A stretch of 64,000 bases of DNA. Source: an uncultured Verrucomicrobiae bacterium (lineage in GTDB: Bacteria; Verrucomicrobiota; Verrucomicrobiia; Chthoniobacterales; UBA10450). Below the pieces are notes generated by a model, which had not been told where the DNA came from, did not search any database, and saw nothing but the letters and a program-made list of their open reading frames with translations. Of this stretch, positions 57,566-64,000 are shown piece after piece (the stretch's first letter is position 1; each line of letters starts with the position of its first letter). A program made the translations under genes and the position numbers. The stretch covers positions 19,976 through 83,975 of the forward strand of contig CAWBIP010000007.1 of the NCBI GenBank assembly GCA_963789045.1. The letters run 5' to 3'.

Positions 57566-58975
57566 TTATCCGACCGAACCTTCCATCTCCAGTTCGATCA
57601 GCCGTTTGAGCTCGACGCTGTATTCCATCGGGAATTGGCGGACGAGATCGTTGACGAAACCGTTAACGCTCAAGCTCATCGCCTGCGCTTCGGTTAGGCC
57701 ACGCTGTTGCATATAGAAAATTTGGTCGGAGCTCACCTGACTGACGCTTGCTTCATGCTGAACGGCATTGCCGGTGCCGCGCACCGTGATTGCCGGATAG
57801 GTGTCGGTTCGCGAAGTCGCGTTGATGAGCAGCGCGTCGCACTCAGTGTTGTTCTTGCAATGTTTGAGATGCTTCGGCACGTGGACCAAACCTCGGTAAG
57901 TGGCGCGGCCTTTCCCGATGGAAATCGATTTGGAAATGATGTTGCTGGTTGTCTCGTCGGCAGCGTGGATCATTTTCGCACCGGTGTCCTGGTGCTGGCC
58001 GTCATTCGCGAGCGCGATGGAGAGAACTTCGCCGCGCGCTTTTCGACCCTTCATGATCACGCTGGGATATTTCATCGTGAGACGCGAGCCGATGTTACAA
58101 TCGATCCATTTCACTTCGGCGTTTTCCTGAGCAAGACCGCGTTTTGTGACGAGGTTGAACACATTCGACGCCCAGTTCTGGACCGTGATGTACTGAATCT
58201 TGGCGCCCTTCAGCGCCACCAATTCCACCACGGCGCTATGCAGCGTGGGAGTGTTAAACTTCGGCGCCGTGCAGCCCTCCATGTAAGTCACTTCCGAGCC
58301 TTCGTCGGCAATGATGAGGGTACGCTCGAATTGGCCGAAGTTTTCGGCGTTGATGCGGAAGTAAGCCTGCAGCGGGTGTTTCACTTTCACGCCGGGCGGG
58401 ACGTAAATGAACGAACCGCCGCTGAACACAGCAGAATTCAGTGCACTAAACTTGTTGTCGGCGATCGGAATGACTTTGCCGAACCATTTCCGGAAAATTT
58501 CCGGATAATTCTTCAGTCCTTCGGTCGATCCGACAAAAATCACGCCTTGTTCGCCAACCGCTTTCTTGATGTTTGAATAGACGGCTTCGCTGTCGAACTG
58601 TGCTTCCACACCCGCGAGGAATTTCCGTTCCTGCTCGGGAATGCCAAGACGCTCAAATGTACGCTTGATGTCTTCCGGCACTTCATCCCAACTGCGTTTC
58701 GCCTCGGTCCCGGGAGAGAGATAATAACGGATTTTGTCGAAATCGATCGCTTCGAGATCTTTGCTGGCCCAATGCGTGGGAAGCGGCTTTTCCAAAAACG
58801 TCTTGAGACCTCTGAGGCGGTACTCACGTACCCAAGCCGGGTCTTCTTTGACATCTGAGATATAATGAATGGTGCGCTCGCTCAGGCCGGCGCCGGCATC
58901 GCGCACGTGAGCCTCCGGATAAGAGAAGTCCCCGATGTTGCGATTAATATCGACTGCTGAAGATTCGGTTTTCAT
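57566..58975 (-). CDS. sufB: Fe-S cluster assembly protein SufB
   Basis: 469-aa ORF with [17 protein letters not shown]...[47 protein letters not shown]. Confidence 0.9.
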   Translation of the reverse strand: MKTESSAVDINRNIGDFSYPEAHVRDAGAGLSERTIHYISDVKEDPAWVREYRLRGLKTFLEKPLPTHWASKDLEAIDFDKIRYYLSPGTEAKRSWDEVPEDIKRTFERLGIPEQERKFLAGVEAQFDSEAVYSNIKKAVGEQGVIFVGSTEGLKNYPEIFRKWFGKVIPIADNKFSALNSAVFSGGSFIYVPPGVKVKHPLQAYFRINAENFGQFERTLIIADEGSEVTYMEGCTAPKFNTPTLHSAVVELVALKGAKIQYITVQNWASNVFNLVTKRGLAQENAEVKWIDCNIGSRLTMKYPSVIMKGRKARGEVLSIALANDGQHQDTGAKMIHAADETTSNIISKSISIGKGRATYRGLVHVPKHLKHCKNNTECDALLINATSRTDTYPAITVRGTGNAVQHEASVSQVSSDQIFYMQQRGLTEAQAMSLSVNGFVNDLVRQFPMEYSVELKRLIELEMEGSVG

Positions 58976-58992
58976 TGTGAATTTTACCCTCT

Positions 58993-59757
58993 TTACCTAA
59001 ACGCTGGTTCAACGGCCCCGTCACGCGCCCAGTCGTAGCCTCTTTCTTCGAGCTCGAGAGCGAGCTCTTTCCGTCCGCTTCTAACGATTCGCCCGGCCAC
59101 CATTACGTGGACGTGATCGGGTACGATGTAGTTCAGGAGGCGCTGATAGTGCGTAATTAACAATATGCCAAGATCTGGGCCGCGCAATGAATTTACCCCA
59201 TGCGCCACGGTCTTGAGCGCGTCGATGTCCAGGCCGCTGTCCGTCTCGTCAAGAACTGCGTACTTGGGCTCTAACATCGCCATTTGTAGAATCTCGGTGC
59301 GCTTCTTTTCGCCTCCGGAAAAGCCCTCGTTAACCGCCCGCGACGTGAATGAACGATCCATCCCGAGCAACTCCATCTTTTCATAAAGCTTCGCGTAGTA
59401 ATCGGTTGCCTCGAGCTCTCCGCCTTCGGGCAAACGCGATTGCAATGCCGCGCGGAGAAAGTTGGCGATTGTCACGCCTGGGACTTCGCTCGGATACTGA
59501 AAGGCCAGAAAAAGACCGCGTCGCGCGCGTTCGTCAGGTTCAAGTTCCAGAAGATCCTCGCCATCCATCAATATTTTGCCAGCGGTGACGTGATAATCCG
59601 GATGGCCGGCCAAGACCTTCGCCAGCGTGCTTTTTCCTGAGCCGTTTGGGCCCATGAGCGCATGCACTTCACCCCGCGGCACACGCAGAGTCAGTCCTCG
59701 AACGATCTCCTGATCGCCCACGGCGATGTGTAGTCTCTCTATGTTTAATTCCTTCAT
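58993..59757 (-). CDS. sufC: Fe-S cluster assembly ATPase SufC
   Basis: The ORF runs to 59772; I prefer MKELNIERL at 59757. [30 protein letters not shown] and [11 protein letters not shown] are present. Confidence 0.9.
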   Translation of the reverse strand: MKELNIERLHIAVGDQEIVRGLTLRVPRGEVHALMGPNGSGKSTLAKVLAGHPDYHVTAGKILMDGEDLLELEPDERARRGLFLAFQYPSEVPGVTIANFLRAALQSRLPEGGELEATDYYAKLYEKMELLGMDRSFTSRAVNEGFSGGEKKRTEILQMAMLEPKYAVLDETDSGLDIDALKTVAHGVNSLRGPDLGILLITHYQRLLNYIVPDHVHVMVAGRIVRSGRKELALELEERGYDWARDGAVEPAFR

Positions 59758-59849
59758 AAAGGCGAACAACAAATATACGCTGATTTGTGCGATTTGCGAA
59801 CGGCGATCCAGCAGATGAAGCCGTGCTCCGAAGGCTTTCGAGGTTTACG

Positions 59850-59906
59850 TGGCTACCCCGCTTGGATTCGAACCAAGAATAACGCCTCCAAAGGGCGCTG
59901 TGTTAC
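59850..59906 (-). pseudogene. 3' fragment of a tRNA-Gln(UUG)-like gene (anticodon arm, T arm, 3' acceptor strand, CCA); no matching 5' acceptor or D stem
   Basis: Reverse complement: ..A GCGCC CTTTGGA GGCGT TATT CTTGG TTCGAAT CCAAG CGGGGTA G CCA. The sequence 5' of this (ACAAATCGCTTTCCTTAGGTAACAC) cannot pair with CGGGGTA. Track ORF 59849..60064 overlaps it and is spurious. Confidence 0.6.
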
Positions 59907-60132
59907 CTAAGGAAAGCGATTTGTTTGGCGAATTGCTGACGAACAGATGTCCGCATGGGCTGAACAAACCGCGCGGCCCCAGCGCATCTAAGTCCCCGTT
60001 GTTTCGTTACTATTTTTCCTGGGTTTCATCAAGCGTGCGACGGAAAGATGCGGAACGCTGCTAGCAAATTTCGTCTGAGGCACGCCTCCTGTTAAACTCA
60101 GCCACGTCCAAAAAATTTCGAACAAAATAGTT

Positions 60133-60140
60133 GACTAGTC
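60133..60140. promoter_or_regulatory. Perfect 8-bp palindrome GACTAGTC overlapping a -35-like TTGACT, 26 nt upstream of the TetR start (candidate operator)
   Basis: aatagTTGACTAGTCggtctagttgaTATAAAcctactacATG. TTGACT and TATAAA resemble a sigma70-type promoter with a very short leader. Confidence 0.4.
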
Positions 60141-60165
60141 GGTCTAGTTGATATAAACCTACTAC

Positions 60166-60780
60166 ATGCCGAGAAAGAGTGACATGAAGAAGCGCCTGAC
60201 CGACGCGGCGCTGGAGTTGATGTGGGAAAACAGCTACGGCACTACATCAGTGGACGCGATCTGCGAGCGGGCCGGCGCAAAAAAGGGAAGCTTTTATTAT
60301 TTCTTCAAGTCGAAGTCCGAGCTCACCGCCGCTGCACTGGAAGCGGAATGGAACAAGAACAAGGCGAACATGGATGCTCTTTTTTCTCCAACAGTTCCGC
60401 CACTCGAACGGTTCGATCGGTATTTTGATTATGTGCACGACCGTCTGGCCGAACTTCAAAAAGAGTGCGGTTCCATCCTTGGATGCCCTATCTTGAGCAT
60501 TGGGAGTGAAGTGAGCACGCAAGATGAGGGCGTGCGCGCTACCGTTGACCGCATCTGGGGTCGGAAGATAAAGTATTTCGAGTCCGCTATTCGGGACGCG
60601 CATGCGCAAGGGTTGATTGAAGCGCCGGACCCAAAAGCGAAGGCGAAAGCGCTGTTTGCCTGTTATCACGGGACGCTCGCCCAGGCGCGAATTGAAAACG
60701 ACGTCGAATTGATCCGCGATTTCAGGGAGGTCGCAAGGGACGTTTTAGGCGTGAAACACGAACACGCTGCTTCTTCGTAA
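60166..60780 (+). CDS. TetR/AcrR-family transcriptional regulator
   Basis: 204-aa ORF with the N-terminal HTH LTDAALELMWENSYGTTSVDAICERAGAKKGSFYYFFKSKSEL. Confidence 0.85.
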   Translation: MPRKSDMKKRLTDAALELMWENSYGTTSVDAICERAGAKKGSFYYFFKSKSELTAAALEAEWNKNKANMDALFSPTVPPLERFDRYFDYVHDRLAELQKECGSILGCPILSIGSEVSTQDEGVRATVDRIWGRKIKYFESAIRDAHAQGLIEAPDPKAKAKALFACYHGTLAQARIENDVELIRDFREVARDVLGVKHEHAASS

Positions 60781-60810
60781 ACCTTCTCTTTTTTTGCCCA
60801 TTTTATAGAC

Positions 60811-60818
60811 GACTAGTC
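60811..60818. promoter_or_regulatory. Second copy of palindrome GACTAGTC, 36 nt upstream of ORF 60854
   Basis: ttATAGacGACTAGTCaaat compared with aaATAGttGACTAGTCgg at 60133. The shared pattern is ATAGnnGACTAGTC. Confidence 0.35.
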
Positions 60819-60853
60819 AAATACAAACCACAGAGAATCAAAAACTCAACCCC

Positions 60854-61180
60854 ATGAAAACTGCCATCAACGAAAGCAACAACACAGTTTTCCTCCAGAC
60901 GATTTCAGCGGCGATCACGCAACTGAAACAAAGGTTACAGCACGATTACGAGCAGGTTTATCCAGACCTGCGCGAAATCATGCACCTCATCCTCGACGAA
61001 GAAGAAACAAAAGCGTGGGAGTTATCATTGTTTCCGCATTTGTTTCTTCCCGACCTGGTCGAGGCGCATGTCGCCAAGCTCGGTCTCCAACCCGCGCCGA
61101 AAAAATACGACGTGGTCCGGGTTCCGCATCGTTTGCTCAAGCCAAGCTATCAACCAGCTCTCGCTTATGTGGATTGTTAA
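60854..61180 (+). CDS. Hypothetical protein (108 aa)
   Basis: ORF with protein-like composition downstream of the TetR gene and the second palindrome. No motif recognised. Confidence 0.4.
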   Translation: MKTAINESNNTVFLQTISAAITQLKQRLQHDYEQVYPDLREIMHLILDEEETKAWELSLFPHLFLPDLVEAHVAKLGLQPAPKKYDVVRVPHRLLKPSYQPALAYVDC

Positions 61181-61238
61181 CTCAGCGCGGGGGCGCGTAT
61201 ATACGGTCTTCAAAAATCCGACAACGAAAGGAATAACG

Positions 61239-61439
61239 ATGAAGACGGAAAAAAATCTCGCGGTGGTGCCAAGGGAGTCGAGAGGAATCTGCGCCGCCAT
61301 CGCCAAACTTATGAGACGGCGCAGTGTTATCGATATCGTCGAACGTTTCCAGACGAAACACGCACTGCAAGAGGAGCAGGAAACGAAGAATTTCCACCCG
61401 TCGACGAACGGCGCGGTCGCTCCGGGCATTATCCGTTGA
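61239..61439 (+). CDS. Hypothetical small protein (66 aa)
   Basis: Internal ATG of track ORF 61068..61439, preceded by aaaggaataacg (SD-like): MKTEKNLAVVPRESRG... No motif recognised. Confidence 0.25.
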   Translation: MKTEKNLAVVPRESRGICAAIAKLMRRRSVIDIVERFQTKHALQEEQETKNFHPSTNGAVAPGIIR

Positions 61440-61481
61440 CAGAATGAATTGAAAAGCATCAACACAAAGGAAATCCAAATC

Positions 61482-62459
61482 ATGAAAACTAAATTCTATT
61501 GGGTCGCACTGCTTGCGAGCGCGGCCTTGATCGGGCAAGCGCAAGGTGGTGGTAATCACGGCGGAGGAGGAATGGGAGGAGGCTTCGGTGGTGGTGGCCA
61601 TGTCGCCGGCGGGGGCGGCCGGGCTGGACCAGTTGGAGGCGGAGGTGGTTTCCGTGGCGGTGGCTTCCGCGCAGCAGCCCCGGCGTTCGGTGGTGCGCGC
61701 AGATCCTTCGGAGTGGGATCACGCGGAGGCGGAGTTGGCTTCGGCATGCCGCATTATCAGCGGCCTATCTACTTTAATGGACGAGTTGCCCGGTCCGTAA
61801 CTCCGTCCATTGGCGCAAGAACAACAGCTGGTCGGCCGCAGAATCGTTTTAGCTCAACACGCAATGCTGTTGGGCAACGGCCGGCGGCAGCGTTCAATCG
61901 CGGAGCCAACGCTTCAGCGACGCGTTCACCTGGAACAGGTGTACACCGGGGATTGAACGGGCGAACGGACCACATCGCTGAACGTCATGACTCAAATTGG
62001 CACCGCGACTGGGACCGGCGGCATGCACATTTCTTCCACAATCGATTCTTTGTTTTTGACAACGGCTTCTGGTGCGGACTGGATGCTGGATTCTTCCCGT
62101 GGGATTACCTGCCGTATTACGCCTATGACTACTATCCGTACGATTACTACACTGACGTTCAGCCGGACTATAACACCGCGCCCGCTAGTGCCTATCCGTA
62201 CGATTATTACACTGGCGTTCAGCCGGAGGAGAACACCGCGGTCGATAATGGTGCGCCGGTGGCTGATCCCACGGTCGAAGCTACCCAGGAGCGGCTTGCA
62301 CAGCTGGGTTATTACAACGGTCCAGTTGACGGAATTTTCGGTCCGACGACGCGCGATGCGGTGGCAAAGTATCAGATCGACAACCAGCTAGATGTAACCG
62401 GGAGTCTTTCGCCGGATACGCTGCAGTCACTAGGAGTGCCGCCCGGTCCAAGTAATTAA
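61482..62459 (+). CDS. Secreted Gly/Arg-rich and Tyr-rich protein with a C-terminal peptidoglycan-binding (PG_binding_1-like) domain
   Basis: Signal peptide MKTKFYWVALLASAALIGQAQG, then GGGNHGGGGMGGGFGGGGHVAGGGGRAG..., then YYAYDYYPYDYYTDVQP... The C-terminus is QERLAQLGYYNGPVDGIFGPTTRDAVAKYQIDNQLDVTGSL. Confidence 0.75.
   Translation: MKTKFYWVALLASAALIGQAQGGGNHGGGGMGGGFGGGGHVAGGGGRAGPVGGGGGFRGGGFRAAAPAFGGARRSFGVGSRGGGVGFGMPHYQRPIYFNGRVARSVTPSIGARTTAGRPQNRFSSTRNAVGQRPAAAFNRGANASATRSPGTGVHRGLNGRTDHIAERHDSNWHRDWDRRHAHFFHNRFFVFDNGFWCGLDAGFFPWDYLPYYAYDYYPYDYYTDVQPDYNTAPASAYPYDYYTGVQPEENTAVDNGAPVADPTVEATQERLAQLGYYNGPVDGIFGPTTRDAVAKYQIDNQLDVTGSLSPDTLQSLGVPPGPSN
62132..62240 (+). repeat. Two 49-nt direct repeats with 60-nt period inside the Gly/Tyr-rich gene (YPYDYYT[D/G]VQP[D/E]xNTA)
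   Basis: 62132-62180 is ctatccgtacgattactacactgacgttcagccggactataacaccgcg. 62192-62240 is ctatccgtacgattattacactggcgttcagccggaggagaacaccgcg. Confidence 0.8.
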
Positions 62460-62675
62460 CAGATCCGCCATTATTCGATGAGAATCCCACATTCGACAGA
62501 TGGTTGGAGAGCCGGGAAGCAATGGAGGTGCGCGCCCATAGAGGCGCTCACTTCCAGCTCGTTAGTCGCAGCTAAAATTAAATGAAAGAGCCACTGATTC
62601 TTCTATTCACGCGCGACCGTGACTTCGCTCGATCAGTCCGCGAAGCGGTCTCTCAAACAGGTGCAACCGCGCTCG

Positions 62676-62864
62676 TTGAGCGACGAGCAGAAAACCCTCG
62701 CCACTCTGACGTGCGCCCCGGATCTCGACATCACGTAATTCGACATGGTGGGGGTTTAGGGGCCGTTCAAGAACGAACGCCTTCTAGGCAACACCTTCGC
62801 AGGCAAGCGCGATCAGGTCGCAATCTCGACGAAGGTTGGCTTCCGCGGAAACACACTTAAATGA
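62676..62864 (+). pseudogene. Decayed N-terminal fragment of an aldo/keto reductase, with in-frame TAA and TAG
   Basis: One frame reads LSDEQKTLATLTCAPDLDIT-TAA(62736)-FDMVGV-TAG(62757)-GPFKNERLLGNTFAGKRDQVAISTKVGFRGNTLK-TGA. This is collinear with the AKR N-terminal consensus (..G.n.fDTA..YGp..NE.llG......R..v.i.TK.g). Track ORF 62582..62860 is in a different frame and looks spurious. Confidence 0.55.
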
Positions 62865-62878
62865 ATGGAGAGAACTTT

Positions 62879-63928
62879 ATGAAATATTACTTGCTTGGTA
62901 AAAGCGGCCTGCGCGTTTCTGAATTAGCTCTCGGCGCAATGAGCTTTGGCACGGAGTGGGGCTGGGGAACTGAAATTAACGAAGCTCGCAAGATGCTCGA
63001 CCTTTATATCGATAACGGAGGAAATTTTGTTGATACGGCAAACTTCTACACCAATGGTTCATCCGAAAAGATGCTGGGAGAATTGCTTGGAGAGAAACGC
63101 CAGCAAATCGTTCTTTCTACCAAATACACAATGAATACTCATCCTGGCGACCCTAATGGCGGCGGCAACCATCGTAAGAGTATGGTTCGTTCAGTTGAAA
63201 CAAGTCTTCAAAGACTCAAGACTGATTACATCGACCTGCTCTACTTGCACATCTGGGAGGGTACGACACCTGTCGAAGAAATTTTGCGGGCGATGGATGA
63301 CCTTGTTCGCGCGGGAAAGGTTCTCTACGTGGGAATTTCGGATACTCCTGCGTGGCAAATCTCAAGAATGCAAGCCATCGCCGATCTTCGCGGATGGTCT
63401 CCACTTGTGGCGCTTCAAATAGAATACAATCTCATCGAGCGAACCACGGAGCGAGAACTGATTCCCATGGCAAATGAAATGGGACTCGGGGTAATTCCAT
63501 GGTCTCCGCTTGCAAGCGGACTTCTGTCTGGAAAGTACTCTGGAGAAGACTTCCTGAATAAATCCGGATCGACCGGGTCCCAGGGTTCTAGAAAAACTAC
63601 CATTGAAACTCTAGGCAAATTTACTCAACGAAACATGCAGATCATAGATGAAGTAAAGAAAGTGGCCTCTGAAGTTCAAAAGTCTCCTGCCCAAGTAGCG
63701 CTTGCCTGGCTTCTCTCAAAGTCGACAGTGACATCCGTTCTCTTAGGCGCGAGCAAGCTTGAGCAACTAGAAAATAACCTAGGCTCTTTGAGTACACATC
63801 TCAGCCCTGATCAAATCAAGCGGCTCGACGACATAAGCCGTGTCGAAATGGGCTTCCCGCATGCAATTCTCGCGAACCCAACGATCAAACAGACAATCTC
63901 TGGCGGAGTTGAAGTCCATCGTAAGTAG
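62879..63928 (+). CDS. Aldo/keto reductase family oxidoreductase
   Basis: The ORF starts at 62861; I prefer MKYYLLGKSGLRVSELALGAMSFG at 62879. NFVDTANFYTNGSSEKMLG, VLSTKY, IDLLYLHIWE and GISDTPAW are present. Confidence 0.85.
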   Translation: MKYYLLGKSGLRVSELALGAMSFGTEWGWGTEINEARKMLDLYIDNGGNFVDTANFYTNGSSEKMLGELLGEKRQQIVLSTKYTMNTHPGDPNGGGNHRKSMVRSVETSLQRLKTDYIDLLYLHIWEGTTPVEEILRAMDDLVRAGKVLYVGISDTPAWQISRMQAIADLRGWSPLVALQIEYNLIERTTERELIPMANEMGLGVIPWSPLASGLLSGKYSGEDFLNKSGSTGSQGSRKTTIETLGKFTQRNMQIIDEVKKVASEVQKSPAQVALAWLLSKSTVTSVLLGASKLEQLENNLGSLSTHLSPDQIKRLDDISRVEMGFPHAILANPTIKQTISGGVEVHRK

Positions 63929-64000
63929 CTGTGCGGCTCAAAATATCAGATGATCCCGAATATCAATGCGCGAGACGTCCGCGACGGATTGCAAATCATT

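Noticed and set aside
62582-62860. Track ORF 62582..62860 (92 aa) as a real gene; its N-terminus looks vaguely receiver-like.
   Set aside because: After about 30 residues the sequence becomes Arg/His/Gly-rich nonsense. A different frame of the same DNA spells a recognisable but broken AKR N-terminus.
1-64000. CRISPR arrays, IS elements or transposases, integrases, prophage genes, toxin-antitoxin pairs and known defence systems.
   Set aside because: None were found. There are no regularly spaced direct repeats, no DDE or tyrosine-recombinase motifs in any ORF, and no small paired ORFs of TA type. The only repeats are the two REP-like palindromes and the short motifs listed above.

Overview
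Bacterial chromosomal window with no rRNA, CRISPR array, transposase or phage genes. All calls rest on reading the ORF translations and the DNA by eye; no database search was run.

(1) Positions 1-42,611 form one almost gap-free glycan (EPS/O-antigen-like) biosynthesis locus, entirely on the minus strand. It is read from a priming sugar-phosphate transferase at 42,611 leftwards and continues off the left edge.
- Core machinery: at least 4 glycosyltransferases, a Wzy-like polymerase, and a GumC/Wzz-type chain-length protein fused to a degenerate P-loop domain.
- Sugar-nucleotide module (WbpB/E/D-like): two Gfo/Idh/MocA oxidoreductases, two DegT aminotransferases, a hexapeptide acyltransferase and an AlgD-like 6-dehydrogenase.
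- Decoration genes: two AsnB-type amidotransferases, two FemAB/GNAT-like genes, three stand-alone methyltransferases, deacetylase-like genes, an SGNH esterase-like gene and a secreted beta-helix protein.
- Carbamoylation block: an SxtJ-like gene, a 49-aa SxtK/DUF5989-like gene missing from the ORF track, and a carbamoyltransferase-Trm112-like-methyltransferase fusion, directly followed by carA-carB.

(2) Positions 43.5-64 kb are mostly housekeeping. They hold a GmhA-like SIS isomerase, a rhomboid protease, pckG, a roughly 5.8-kb continuous UvrA-UvrA reading frame, lgt, a TolQ/ExbB-TolR/ExbD-TolA/TonB-like trio and sufCBD. After these come a 3' tRNA-Gln fragment, a TetR gene flanked by an 8-bp palindrome, a Gly/Tyr-rich peptidoglycan-binding protein, an aldo/keto reductase and a decayed copy of one.

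Main caveat: at least 9 genes are interrupted. The 1-nt indels that could be localised lie in or beside short homopolymers, and there are in-frame TAA/TAG codons. I cannot tell assembly error from real gene decay without reads. Interrupted genes are listed as pseudogenes but may be intact in the organism.
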